A DNA stretch of 64,000 nt from an uncultured Burkholderiales bacterium (GTDB taxonomy: Bacteria; Pseudomonadota; Gammaproteobacteria; Burkholderiales; Burkholderiaceae_C): assembly GCA_903831655.1 (NCBI GenBank), contig CAIKYO010000183.1, positions 19-64,018 on the forward strand, given 5' to 3'. A model generated the notes under the pieces. It saw only the letters and a list, made by a program, of their open reading frames with translations, was not told where the DNA came from and made no database searches. Every line of letters begins with the position of its first letter. Position 1 is the stretch's first letter. The translations under genes were made by a program, and so were the position numbers. Positions 45,574-55,728 of this stretch are shown in pieces.

Positions 45574-46584
45574 TTGGAGCGCAACATGTTTAGAACCTCT
45601 TGTCCTGCTTTGGTATCGCGTGCTTTGGCAGCACTTCTCTTGAGCCTTGGTCTGGTGTCCGCAGCGAGAAGTGCTGAGCTCCAAGAAATCACTTACTTGC
45701 TTCCTGCTCCCAGCAATTTACCTGCATTTGGTCCTTGGATGATTGCACAGGCCAAGGGCTACTATGCCCAAGAGGGTTTGAGCGTTAAGTTCGTCACCGG
45801 TCGTGGCGGTGTGGATGTGGCCAAACAAGTCGGTGCGGGCAATGCTGTCATTGGAGGAGCCATTGGGGACACGCCCATCATTGCACGCGCACAAGGCATT
45901 CCCGTCAAAGCCGTTGCCGTTTTGGGCGCAGGTTCACTCATGCAACTCGTGAGCCACGAGGACGCTCACATTGAGAGTCCACGGGAATTAAAAGGCAAGA
46001 CCGTAACGACCATCGCCTACACCGATACCACCTATTACGCGTTGCTTGGCATGCTCTCCAAATCAGGTTTGACCAAAAACGACTTGGACATTCAAGCTGC
46101 AGGACCCGCAGGGGTTTGGCAACTCTTTGTGAGTAAAAAATCCACTGCCATGGCCTCTACACCAGACTGGACTGTGATGGCCATGGAGGCGGGTGCCAAG
46201 GTGAGCATCATCCCCTCTGATGTGTACTTCAAAAGCATGGCTCAAGCCATTTTGGTGTCCGATGAAACCATTCAAAAAAATCCTGAATTGGTTCGCAAAC
46301 TCGTTCGCGCAACCCTAAAAGGCATGAAAGACATCATGGCCAACCCCAAAGAAGCGGCCAAGTCATATGCCACTGTGGTCACCAATTACAAAGGGCACGA
46401 GGACAGCATTGAGAAGATGTTTGGCTTTTACAACCAATACGTCTACGCCAATCAAAAGGTCCCAGGCACGATGGATGAAAGTCGCTTGGGTGAGTTGCAA
46501 AAATTCTATGTCTCCAATGGCATCGTGCCCCAAGCCGTTCCTTTGAATGAGCTCTACACCAATCAATTTGTGAGCACCAAGTAA
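45574..46584 (+). CDS. ABC transporter substrate-binding protein (NMT1/THI5-like)
   Basis: KGYYAQEGL.V....G.GG......VGAG; signal peptide. Confidence 0.88.
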   Translation: MERNMFRTSCPALVSRALAALLLSLGLVSAARSAELQEITYLLPAPSNLPAFGPWMIAQAKGYYAQEGLSVKFVTGRGGVDVAKQVGAGNAVIGGAIGDTPIIARAQGIPVKAVAVLGAGSLMQLVSHEDAHIESPRELKGKTVTTIAYTDTTYYALLGMLSKSGLTKNDLDIQAAGPAGVWQLFVSKKSTAMASTPDWTVMAMEAGAKVSIIPSDVYFKSMAQAILVSDETIQKNPELVRKLVRATLKGMKDIMANPKEAAKSYATVVTNYKGHEDSIEKMFGFYNQYVYANQKVPGTMDESRLGELQKFYVSNGIVPQAVPLNELYTNQFVSTK

Positions 46585-46666
46585 GTCCCACTTTTTTTGT
46601 ATTGGGCAGTTCAATTGAGACTTTTCGATTGAACTGCTTTTCTCTCCCCAAGAACGCCACTCTTTC

Positions 46667-47455
46667 ATGAACTCAACTTCTCCCAAAGCCTTACAGACCC
46701 TTCTTTGGAGTGCTGTGGTGTTGATTGTCTTTTTGGCCCTTTGGCAATGGGGGCCTGGTGCTTTGGGTGTACCTTCCTTCATTTTGCCCAATTTCACCAA
46801 GGTGATCTCTGAGGGCGTCAGAATTTGGAGTGGCGAGCGCTTATTCTTCCACACCGCTGTGACGGCCCTTGAGGTGGGCGTGGGTTTTGTGCTGGGTGCC
46901 CTGTTGGGGGCGGTCATCGGTTATGCGTTGGGTGTTTCTCCCAGAGTAGAGGCCGTCTTGTCGCCTTATCTCTTGGCCCTACAAATCGCGCCCAAAGTGG
47001 CCTTTGCACCTTTGTTTGTGATGTGGCTGGGTTACACCATGTATCCCAAAATTTTGGTGGCCGTCTTGATCGTCTTCTTTCCAGTACTCATCAACGTCCT
47101 TCAAGCCATGAGAACGATGGATTTGGACATGATCAACCTGGCCAGATCTTTCTCAGCAAATCGCTGGCAGGTCTTTAGAAACGTTGAATTTCCAAGCACC
47201 TTGCCCGCCCTTTTCTCAGGCCTGAGAATTGCCAGTACCTTGGCCGTCATCGGAGTGGTGGTGGGTGAATTGGTGGGTGGCAACATGGGGCTTGGGTATT
47301 TGTTGGTTTTCTTTGAGGGCGAGGGCAACACGGCAGCCGTGTTTGTGGTGATCGCTTGGCTCACTGTGATTGGCATCGTGGCCTACTACGCAGTGGTTTA
47401 TGCGGAGAACAAAGTTCTTCATTATTTGCCTTCCATGGAGAGACGCAATGCTTGA
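46667..47455 (+). CDS. ABC transporter permease
   Basis: TM helices; PKVAFAPLF, VVGEL.GG..GLGYL. Confidence 0.9.
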   Translation: MNSTSPKALQTLLWSAVVLIVFLALWQWGPGALGVPSFILPNFTKVISEGVRIWSGERLFFHTAVTALEVGVGFVLGALLGAVIGYALGVSPRVEAVLSPYLLALQIAPKVAFAPLFVMWLGYTMYPKILVAVLIVFFPVLINVLQAMRTMDLDMINLARSFSANRWQVFRNVEFPSTLPALFSGLRIASTLAVIGVVVGELVGGNMGLGYLLVFFEGEGNTAAVFVVIAWLTVIGIVAYYAVVYAENKVLHYLPSMERRNA

Positions 47456-48227
47456 TTCAAGCCCCAAGGCCTTCATTGCCGAGCCCTCACTTTTGAGGGG
47501 CCATCGTGTCTTGATCACGGGTGCGGCGAGGGGACTGGGGGCTGAATTTGCAAAAGCCGTGATTGATAGCGGTGCACGGGTGGTCTTGAGCGATGTGCTG
47601 CTCGAGCAAGGACAAGAGACCGCTCGTTCTTTGGGTGAGCGAGCGCACTTTGTGCCTGTTGATCTTTTGAATTCGCAAAGTACTCAAGACATGGTGCAAG
47701 CTGCCGTGGATTGGCTGGGAGGCTTGGATGCGGTGGTGAACAATGCGGCCATCACCAATTCGGGTGGAGTGCCCATGCAAAATTTGAGTGAATCTGTGTG
47801 GGATGATGTCATGGCTGTGAACGTCAAGGCGCCTTGGATGGTGAGCAAATTTGCGCTCCCCCATTTGGAGAAGAGTCCCAACGCTCGCATTGTCAACTTG
47901 TCCTCCGATACCGCCCTTTGGGGGGCTCCCAACTTAATGGCCTATGTGGCCAGCAAGGGTGCCATCATCTCCATGACCCGCTCCATGGCGCGTGAGTTGG
48001 GCTCCAAAGGCATCACGGTCAACGCCATCGCGCCAGGCTTGACTTTGGTGGAGGCCACGCAATACGTGCCTCAACATCGACACGATCACTACATGAATGG
48101 ACGAGCCATTCCCAGAGCGCAGTACCCCCAAGATTTGGCTAGCACCGTTTTGTTTTTGCTAAGCCCTGCAAGTGGCTTTATCACCGGACAGGTCATCCCC
48201 GTCAACGGTGGTTTTGTGATGAATTGA
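47448..48227 (+). CDS. Short-chain dehydrogenase/reductase
   Basis: TGAARGLG, NNAA, YVASK, VNAIAPG; start moved to MLDSS. Confidence 0.92.
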   Translation: MLDSSPKAFIAEPSLLRGHRVLITGAARGLGAEFAKAVIDSGARVVLSDVLLEQGQETARSLGERAHFVPVDLLNSQSTQDMVQAAVDWLGGLDAVVNNAAITNSGGVPMQNLSESVWDDVMAVNVKAPWMVSKFALPHLEKSPNARIVNLSSDTALWGAPNLMAYVASKGAIISMTRSMARELGSKGITVNAIAPGLTLVEATQYVPQHRHDHYMNGRAIPRAQYPQDLASTVLFLLSPASGFITGQVIPVNGGFVMN

Positions 48228-48261
48228 TGTCCTTGCCTGAATTTTAGAAAGTGAACCCAAA

Positions 48262-48852
48262 ATGAACCACACTGCAGCCAATGAGCCCCACTTTAACGAG
48301 CACGGCCTCTTGGACCCCACCATTCCAAGTGAGAGGGACATTCAAGCCGGACTTTTAAAGCCCCAGGGGATGAGTTTCTCCGACTGGATGCTCTCCCGCG
48401 TTGCCACCTATGCCACACGTCGCTATGACTGGGACGCATTGAAGTTCCAAGCTGATTTTGATCCCAAGTACGGTCGCGCCCAAATGCGCTACGTTGGTAC
48501 AGGGGGCACGGGTGTGGCCAAGGATGTGAACACGGTGCCTGCTGGGCACTTTACCTTCTCAACGATGGTGATCCCCGCAGGGCATGAGGGTCCCTCTCAC
48601 ATTCATTGGGATGTGGAGGAGATTTTCTTTTTGATTCGAGGACGCATGAAAGTCGTTTGCGAAAAGGACGGCGAGAGATGGGAGCACGTGCTCTCGGATC
48701 GTGATTTGATCTCTGTGCCACCAGGGGTCTACCGTGAGGAGATCAACATTGGAGACGAGGACGCGCTCATGTGCGTGATGCTGGGCTCACCCAAGCCCAT
48801 CACCCCGGTCTATCCCCCCAACAGTCCTTTGGCAAAGATCAAAAGAACTTGA
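48262..48852 (+). CDS. Cupin domain protein
   Basis: GPSHIHWDVEEIFF and PPGVYR.E cupin metal motifs. Confidence 0.82.
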   Translation: MNHTAANEPHFNEHGLLDPTIPSERDIQAGLLKPQGMSFSDWMLSRVATYATRRYDWDALKFQADFDPKYGRAQMRYVGTGGTGVAKDVNTVPAGHFTFSTMVIPAGHEGPSHIHWDVEEIFFLIRGRMKVVCEKDGERWEHVLSDRDLISVPPGVYREEINIGDEDALMCVMLGSPKPITPVYPPNSPLAKIKRT

Positions 48853-48880
48853 TCTGAGCCCTTGGTCCACCCAACGATCC

Positions 48881-49858
48881 ATGAACCCCTCTCAACCCTT
48901 AAGTGCTGCCATGATGGATGCCTCTACAAGTCCTTCCGCCTTGATTCAAGCCATTGAAGGTTTCAAGGCACGGGTGTGCACCTACGCCCATGGGGGTGAG
49001 GAGCGGCAAATTTCTTACCGTTCCAGTTTACAAACAAGTGACGGTGTAGGCGAGGAAAAAGGTGTGACCCATGTTCTTTTGCATGGCATTGGTTCTGGCA
49101 GTCAAAGCTGGTTGTATCAACTCCAATTTGCGAGAGCAAATGGGGACAAAAAAGCAGGTGTTCAGGGCTTGGGTGAGGTTTTGGCTTGGGACGCACCAGG
49201 ATACGCGCTCAGCACGCCCTTGCACAATTTGGCACCCACACCACAAGAATACGCACAACAGTTTTGGGCTTGGCTGGATGCGTTTGAAATTCAAAGTGGA
49301 GTGCAGTCCAATGAGCTCACGTTGGTGGGACATTCACTGGGCTGCCTAATGGCCACCGCCGCCCAAAAATTGAGGCCTAATCGTGTGAAGCGATTGGTCT
49401 TGCTCTCGCCAGCCATAGGCTACGCAGCAGCAGCAGAGGAGGTGAGAGTCGCCAAACGAGAGGATCGGCTCAAAAACTTGAACCTCTTGGGCCCCAAGGG
49501 CATGGCCGAAAAGAGGGGGCACGCCATGCTCCACGCACCTGTCTCAGAGGAATTGTTGGACTATGTGAAATTCATCATGGCTCAAGTCATCCCCCATGGT
49601 TACCAGCAAGCCACCCACATGCTCTCCAATGCGGATTTGCTCCAGGAGCTTGAATCGGTGGGTTGTGCTTTGAGTGTTGCCTCTGGGGACCAAGATGTGA
49701 TCACCCCACTTGGATCTTGTCAAAGCGTTGCGGCCAAGAAAAATGTTCCCCACCAAGTTCTCATAGGTGCTGGTCATGCCTGTCATTTACAAACCCCTGA
49801 TGTGGTGACACAGTTGATCTTCGAGTCTGAGCAAAGGAGTGAACAAATCCATGGTTGA
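48881..49858 (+). CDS. Alpha/beta fold hydrolase
   Basis: LLHGIGS, WDAPGY, GHSLG nucleophile, GDQD, GAGH. Confidence 0.88.
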   Translation: MNPSQPLSAAMMDASTSPSALIQAIEGFKARVCTYAHGGEERQISYRSSLQTSDGVGEEKGVTHVLLHGIGSGSQSWLYQLQFARANGDKKAGVQGLGEVLAWDAPGYALSTPLHNLAPTPQEYAQQFWAWLDAFEIQSGVQSNELTLVGHSLGCLMATAAQKLRPNRVKRLVLLSPAIGYAAAAEEVRVAKREDRLKNLNLLGPKGMAEKRGHAMLHAPVSEELLDYVKFIMAQVIPHGYQQATHMLSNADLLQELESVGCALSVASGDQDVITPLGSCQSVAAKKNVPHQVLIGAGHACHLQTPDVVTQLIFESEQRSEQIHG

Positions 49859-50693
49859 GGACAAGGAAAATCGCTACACGGTCCCTGGTCTTCAAAGGGG
49901 CTTGGAGATCCTTGGGGCTTTCTCACAAGACAACAAGCCTTTGAGTGGAGCTGAACTCGCTCGTCGGCTTCAATTGCCCAGAGCCTCAGTGTTTCGATTG
50001 CTTCAAACGCTTGAACTGATGGGTTTTGTCGAGCGCATAGGCGAGTCTTCCCAATACAAGTTAGGACTTGCTGTGTTGCGACTGGGTTTTGGGTACTTGG
50101 CCTCTCTTGAGATCACCCATTTGGGTCAGCCCATCTTGGAGAGATTGAGTGCAAGCACTGGTTTATCCAGTCACTTGGTCGTGCGGGACCACACCCAAGT
50201 GGTGATCGTGGCCAAAGTGTTGGGCCGTACGTCTCTCTTTAATTCCCTACAAGTGGGAGCTCGTTTGCCCGCACACGCCACCGTCATCGGCCGAGTGTTG
50301 CTGAGTGATTTCACAAGCGATCAACTGAGCGCGTTATTCACGAATGCGCCACTCCAAGCCTATACCGAACACACGCCGACCAGCATCTCTCGTTTGGCCG
50401 AGTTGATTGCTCAGCTCAAAACCCAAGGTCACGGAATCAGTCAAGGTGGATTTGAGATAGGGATCTCCACCATCGCTGCACCCGTGCGGGATCAAACGGG
50501 TCAGGTCGTGGCCGCTCTCAGTATCACCGTGCCCTCTCAGCAAATTGAACCCAGCAACTTGAATCCTTTATTAAATGAGCTCAAGCGCTGTGCGGCTGAG
50601 TTGTCCATATCCATGGGCTACCGCGAGCCTTTCATGGCCTCGAGTCGTGCACTCGAGAGACGTGAGTCACCGGTGCTCAGTGCGGTTGATTAA
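49839..50693 (+). CDS. IclR family transcriptional regulator
   Basis: VPGLQRGL.IL N-terminal HTH; GARLPAHAT..GRVLL effector domain. Confidence 0.92.
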   Translation: MNKSMVEDKENRYTVPGLQRGLEILGAFSQDNKPLSGAELARRLQLPRASVFRLLQTLELMGFVERIGESSQYKLGLAVLRLGFGYLASLEITHLGQPILERLSASTGLSSHLVVRDHTQVVIVAKVLGRTSLFNSLQVGARLPAHATVIGRVLLSDFTSDQLSALFTNAPLQAYTEHTPTSISRLAELIAQLKTQGHGISQGGFEIGISTIAAPVRDQTGQVVAALSITVPSQQIEPSNLNPLLNELKRCAAELSISMGYREPFMASSRALERRESPVLSAVD

Positions 50694-50720
50694 AAATATT
50701 TTTACAAAAAAAACACAGAC

Positions 50721-52430
50721 ATGAATTCATCCCTTCACCCTGAGCCTCAAAACATCACTGTGGGGCAATTGATCGCCCGCTACTTGGAGGCTTGTGGCGT
50801 GAGGGCAGCCTTTGGCGTGGTCTCTATTCACAATTTGCCTATTTTGGATGCATTCTTTCAACGCAAAGACCTCCCCAGTGGCATTCGTTTTGTGCCCTCA
50901 AGAGGAGAGGCGGGTGCTTGCAACATGGCAGACGCTTATGCGCGTGTGAGTCAAACTTTGGGCGTTTTTGCGACCAGTACCGGTACAGGTGCTGGCAACG
51001 CTGCAGGCGCTTTGGTTGAAGCCATGACTGCAGGCACGCCCATGATTCATCTCACAGGGCAAATTGACTCTGATTTTGTGGACAAAGATTTCGGATTTAT
51101 CCACGAAGCCCCTGATCAATTGGGCATGCTTAAATCGGTGAGCAAGGCTGCGTATCGCATCCGAACCGCCCAGAGTGCACTGTCCATTTTGAAGGAGGCC
51201 ACTCGAGTGGCTTTCACCGCACCCTGTGGTCCGGTGAGCATTGAGATTCCCATTGATGTACAAAAGTCGCTCCTCCAAGCGCCCCATGTGAGCGATTTGC
51301 TCCCCCCTCATGCTGCTGTGGTGACTCCTAACGAGGAGGTGCTTAACGCCATGGCCGAACGACTCTTGCAGGCCAAGCGTCCTGTGTTGTGGCTCGGCGG
51401 AGGCGCAAGGGGTGCCTCAAAAGCGGTCATGCGTTTTGTAAAAATGGGTTGGACCATTGTGACATCTGTTCAAGGCCGAGGTGTCGTGAGCGAGGACACC
51501 CCAGGTGTCTTGGGGTCCTTCAATTCTCAGCGCCCCATTGAAGCCTTCTATGAAAGCTGTGATGCATTTGTAGCGGTTGGCACTCGCCTCAGATCCAACG
51601 AGACATTGCGCTACCAATTGAAATTGCCCAAGGCTCACTTTCGAATCGATGCAAACGCTTTGGCCCAGGGCCGTGGATATGCCAGTGAGCTCTTTTTGCA
51701 TGGAGATGCAACACTCAGTTTGAACGCGTTGGCAGATCGATTGGAGCACCGTTCGCAAATCGATCCCCAATTGATCTTGGACGCTCAAGCGGCCAAGGCA
51801 AGTGCCATCGCTTTGATGAACCATGACTTGGGGCCTTATCACTTGCTAAAGGATGAGGTGAGTCGTGTTTTTAAGGACGATTTGTTGTGGGTAAGGGATA
51901 TCACACTCTCCAATAGCATGTGGGGTAACCGAGCGCCGTTTTTCACGCAACCCACACAAGGTGTGCATGCGCTTGGAGGTGGCATTGGACAAGGGCTTAG
52001 CATGTCCATTGGTGCAGAGGTGGCCAATCAAACCCACCAATTAAAAGCCAATACCTTGGCTTTGATGGGGGATGGTGGGTTCATGCTCAATGTGGGCGAG
52101 TTGGCCTGCGCCGTTCAAGAGCGTGCCAACGTGGTGATGCTGGTCATGAACGATGGTGGGTATGGCGTCATCAAAAACATTCAAGACGATTTGTACGGTT
52201 CACGCCACGGTTATGTGGATTTGGTCAACCCCAGTTTTGAGGTCTTGTGCGCGAGTTTGGGAGTGAGTTACTTGTCCATGAAGGACGCAACTTCCTGTGC
52301 CGCAGTGCTCCATGAGGCCAAGGCTTTGCAGCAAAAGGGTGTTGGTCCTGTGGTGATCGAAGTGGATATGAAAACTTGGGGGCCCTTTAATACCAAGTTT
52401 GCGGGTCCCCCTTTGAAGAAGGCGCACTGA
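50721..52430 (+). CDS. Thiamine pyrophosphate-dependent enzyme (decarboxylase/ALS-like)
   Basis: RGEAGA..MADAYAR catalytic Glu; GDGGF...NDGGYG TPP motif. Confidence 0.9.
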   Translation: MNSSLHPEPQNITVGQLIARYLEACGVRAAFGVVSIHNLPILDAFFQRKDLPSGIRFVPSRGEAGACNMADAYARVSQTLGVFATSTGTGAGNAAGALVEAMTAGTPMIHLTGQIDSDFVDKDFGFIHEAPDQLGMLKSVSKAAYRIRTAQSALSILKEATRVAFTAPCGPVSIEIPIDVQKSLLQAPHVSDLLPPHAAVVTPNEEVLNAMAERLLQAKRPVLWLGGGARGASKAVMRFVKMGWTIVTSVQGRGVVSEDTPGVLGSFNSQRPIEAFYESCDAFVAVGTRLRSNETLRYQLKLPKAHFRIDANALAQGRGYASELFLHGDATLSLNALADRLEHRSQIDPQLILDAQAAKASAIALMNHDLGPYHLLKDEVSRVFKDDLLWVRDITLSNSMWGNRAPFFTQPTQGVHALGGGIGQGLSMSIGAEVANQTHQLKANTLALMGDGGFMLNVGELACAVQERANVVMLVMNDGGYGVIKNIQDDLYGSRHGYVDLVNPSFEVLCASLGVSYLSMKDATSCAAVLHEAKALQQKGVGPVVIEVDMKTWGPFNTKFAGPPLKKAH

Positions 52431-52432
52431 AA

Positions 52433-53251
52433 ATGATGCAACTCACCTTGCTTGGGTTTGGAGCCATTGCCAAAGAGGTGCTCGAACGTTTGAAGCCCGA
52501 GACGGGTATTCGCCTGTCCCAAGTGGTGGTCAACCCGGGCCGTGAGAGCGCAGTCAGGGAGCAATTGGGGCAAGGGGTGAAGGTGGGCTCCATCATGGAT
52601 CACGATTTGATGCACCAGTGGCAGGCTCAAGGTGATCAGGTGATGGTGCTCGAGTGTGCCTCACATTCTGCACTCTTGACGCACGTTCTTGCCGCCTTGA
52701 GGGAAGGCTTTGAATGTGCGATTCTCTCCATTGGTGCGCTCTCTGAGGAGGGCTTGCCCGAGCAATTAGATGAAGCCGCTCGAGCGGGGCAAACCCAGGT
52801 GCACTTGTTGAGTGGAGCTATAGGTGGGATTGATGCATTGGCCTCAGCGAAGTTGATGGGCTTGGAGGAGGTGATCTACACCGGACGAAAGCCTCCCTTG
52901 GGCTTTAAGGGCACTCCAGCAGAGCAACTGGTGGAGTTGGAAACACTCAAGCACGCTCATGTGCTCTTGAGTGGCACGGCACGCCAAGCTTCAAGACTGT
53001 ATCCCAAAAATGCCAATGTGGCAGCCACGGTTTCGCTGGCGGGTCTGGGCTTGGACGCCACAAAAGTGCAATTGATTGCAGACCCCAGCATCAGCCAAAA
53101 TATTCATGAAATCAAGGCCAAAGGCGCCTTTGGTGAGTTTCACATGACCTTGATGGGCAACCCTTTGCCAAACAATCCCAAAACCTCAGCGCTCACAGTG
53201 CTCAGTGCGGTGCGTTTTTTGTTGAATCAAGTTCGTCCAATGACCCTTTGA
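52433..53251 (+). CDS. nadX: L-aspartate dehydrogenase (NadX family)
   Basis: G.GAI, ECASH, SIGAL, SGAIGGID.L, YP.NANVAAT, NPKTS.LT. Confidence 0.9.
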   Translation: MMQLTLLGFGAIAKEVLERLKPETGIRLSQVVVNPGRESAVREQLGQGVKVGSIMDHDLMHQWQAQGDQVMVLECASHSALLTHVLAALREGFECAILSIGALSEEGLPEQLDEAARAGQTQVHLLSGAIGGIDALASAKLMGLEEVIYTGRKPPLGFKGTPAEQLVELETLKHAHVLLSGTARQASRLYPKNANVAATVSLAGLGLDATKVQLIADPSISQNIHEIKAKGAFGEFHMTLMGNPLPNNPKTSALTVLSAVRFLLNQVRPMTL

Positions 53252-53273
53252 CGCAAGAATTTAAAAATCCATT

Positions 53274-54299
53274 TTGATACCAGCACAACACATGACACAT
53301 CCAAGCGTTCAACCTCCCCAAAGCGGTATCGAAGGAATCGATGCCATTACATTCAGCGCAAGCGAAGGCCCTGAGGCTTGGGCCCGAGTGAACGCGTTCT
53401 TTAAAGACTTTGGATTGAAGGCGCTCTCCAATACGCCCAATCACCAACTCTTTGAAACGCTCAACGGCTCTTTGGTGAAAGTGGTTTTACCTGGAGACAG
53501 CTCCTATCCAGTTGCCATTGAGGAGGGGCCAACGCTCAGAGAGGTGACCTGGGGGCTGCGCGATCTTGGGACCTTGGATCGATTGGCCGATGCATTAAAG
53601 GGTCAGCGTGGTTTTGAAGATTTACGCTCTACCCACGCCCAAATCAAGGCCATCGATCCCCATGGGCTGGTTTTGGTGTTTCAGTTGAGTCGCAAAAAAG
53701 ATCTGAGGATTGTGGGGTCTCCCACCAATCCTTACGGGGCCGTTGCACGGGTCAATCAAGCCTCTCCCGTCTACGAGCGTGCCACTCCCATTGAGATTGG
53801 ACACGTGGTGCTCTTTACGGACCAGTTGAAAGACGCGCAAACTTACTACGAGTCCTTGGGTTTCGTGGTCTCAGATGAATACCCCAACCGGGGTGTTTTC
53901 CTCAGGTGTGGTGAGCAAGCTGGCCACCACGATTTGTTTTTATTGCAAGTGCCCAACAAGAAACCAGGATTGAACCACGTGGCGTTCACGGTCAGAGACA
54001 TTCACGAGGTCTTTGGAGGTGGGTTGCACATGAGCCGTTGCGGCTGGAAAACACAACTGGGCCCTGGTCGCCATCCCGTGTCATCCGCTTTCTTTTGGTA
54101 TTTCGAGAGTCCATGTGGAGGGCTGGTTGAGTACAACGCCGATGAGGACTATTTAACGGCCGAGTGGCACGCAAGAAGTCTTGATCCCAGTCCTTCCATG
54201 TTTGCGGAGTGGGCCATTGAGGGAGGGTTGGACGGGCACACCCGTCGTCAACCTTTGGCGGAGAAGCCATCGGGCTTTTTGACGGAGAAAAAAGGATGA
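53274..54299 (+). CDS. VOC-family type I extradiol ring-cleavage dioxygenase
   Basis: GHVV, HHDL, NHVAF, GRH...Y...P.G..VEY (His/His/Glu metal ligands). Confidence 0.8.
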   Translation: MIPAQHMTHPSVQPPQSGIEGIDAITFSASEGPEAWARVNAFFKDFGLKALSNTPNHQLFETLNGSLVKVVLPGDSSYPVAIEEGPTLREVTWGLRDLGTLDRLADALKGQRGFEDLRSTHAQIKAIDPHGLVLVFQLSRKKDLRIVGSPTNPYGAVARVNQASPVYERATPIEIGHVVLFTDQLKDAQTYYESLGFVVSDEYPNRGVFLRCGEQAGHHDLFLLQVPNKKPGLNHVAFTVRDIHEVFGGGLHMSRCGWKTQLGPGRHPVSSAFFWYFESPCGGLVEYNADEDYLTAEWHARSLDPSPSMFAEWAIEGGLDGHTRRQPLAEKPSGFLTEKKG

Positions 54300-55315
54300 T
54301 CTCTAGACTGCATTTGCGCGTCAGGGCGCTGATTACATTTGCTTTTGTTTGGGGTCTGGTGATCTTGGGACTGCCCGCTTTTGCCCAAAGCACCAGTCAA
54401 GTGTCCAATGCTTGGGCAAGCAACTCAGAAGGCTTTCATGTTGTAGCGCCTTTCCCACCTGGTGGTCCCATCGATTTGCTGGCTCGTTTGTTGTCCAACG
54501 ATTTGGCTGAGCGTTACAAAGTCACCTCGGTGGTTGACAACGTCCCAGGGGGTGCTGGCAACATTGGGATGGATCGTGTGAAAAAAGCCAAACCAGATGG
54601 GCACACGCTGTTGGTAATTCCTGCAGGTAACTTGACCATCAACCCCAGTTTGATGCCCGATTTCCCCTTCAACATTGAGCGTGACTTCACACCCATCACC
54701 CTCTTGGCCAAAGCCCCCAATGTGCTTGTGGCGTCTCCCTCATTGCATGTCAAAGGGGTCTCCGAGTTGGTGGCTTTTGCCAAAGCCCAAAAATCACCCT
54801 TGGCCTTCGCCTCGCCTGGGGTGGGCAGTGGCCTTCACTTGGCGGGGGAGCTCTTTAAACAACAAGCTGGCATAGAGCTCATGCACGTTCCCTACAAAGG
54901 AACTGCTCCTGCATTGAATGATGTTTTGGGGGGACAGGTGCCATTGATGTTTAGCAATCTACCTGGCGCTTTGCCTTTCATTAAAAACGGCAAATTGGTG
55001 GCCATTGGGCTTACCGACTCTGTTCGTTCTTTGTCTGCACCTGAAATTGCAACGCTGCAAGAGCAAGGCTTGAGCGGTGTGGTCGTTAATTCTTGGTATG
55101 GCCTTCTCGCGCCAATGGGCACGCCGGTGAGCGTTGTTGAGGCTTTGGCCAAGGATGCTCAGGAGATGCTTGGCAAAGCACAAACGCAGGAACAACTCAA
55201 AGCGCAGGGCTTAACAGAATCAAAGATGAGTCCGCAAGAGTTTGCGCAACTCATTAAAAGCGAGACTGCTCAATGGGCCAAGATCGTCAAAGCCAAAAAC
55301 ATCGTGATGGAGTGA
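54296..55315 (+). CDS. Bug/TctC substrate-binding protein
   Basis: PFPPGGPID, PDGHTLL, HVPYKGTAP. Confidence 0.92.
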   Translation: MISRLHLRVRALITFAFVWGLVILGLPAFAQSTSQVSNAWASNSEGFHVVAPFPPGGPIDLLARLLSNDLAERYKVTSVVDNVPGGAGNIGMDRVKKAKPDGHTLLVIPAGNLTINPSLMPDFPFNIERDFTPITLLAKAPNVLVASPSLHVKGVSELVAFAKAQKSPLAFASPGVGSGLHLAGELFKQQAGIELMHVPYKGTAPALNDVLGGQVPLMFSNLPGALPFIKNGKLVAIGLTDSVRSLSAPEIATLQEQGLSGVVVNSWYGLLAPMGTPVSVVEALAKDAQEMLGKAQTQEQLKAQGLTESKMSPQEFAQLIKSETAQWAKIVKAKNIVME

Positions 55316-55319
55316 GTTC

Positions 55320-55658
55320 ATGGAGCACACCAACCCAACTGGACAAGAGATGGTGATGCTCACCATCGTTCTCAAGCACGCTCAGGGTTTGGATTTGGAG
55401 GCCATCCAGAGCAAACTCAAAAGTAAAGAGTGGTGGAGCCGTTTCCCCATTGAGGGCACACAGCTCGTGTCTTGGGTCGTGGCCATGGGGTTGGGTCAAA
55501 TTGTGGTGCTCAAAACGCCTGCTCATTTGGTGCCAGCCATCAACTTGGAGCTCGAGCGCAGTGCTTGGGGTGTTTTTAACACCGAGTGTTATGTGAGCTA
55601 CGACTTCGTACCCGTTAGAGAGCGCATCATAGAGCGGGTGAAGGCGGGGGGGCAGTGA
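55320..55658 (+). CDS. Conserved hypothetical protein of Rieske oxygenase clusters
   Basis: MLTIVLKH.Q, FP.EG..LVSW.V.MGLGQIV.L, ERSAWG.F.TE.Y..YDF. Confidence 0.7.
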   Translation: MEHTNPTGQEMVMLTIVLKHAQGLDLEAIQSKLKSKEWWSRFPIEGTQLVSWVVAMGLGQIVVLKTPAHLVPAINLELERSAWGVFNTECYVSYDFVPVRERIIERVKAGGQ

Positions 55659-55728
55659 TGCACAGTTTCTCAAGCGAATGGGTCTTGGAAGTTTTAATCA
55701 TTCAAAGCGTATTTATTTGGAGTCAGCC

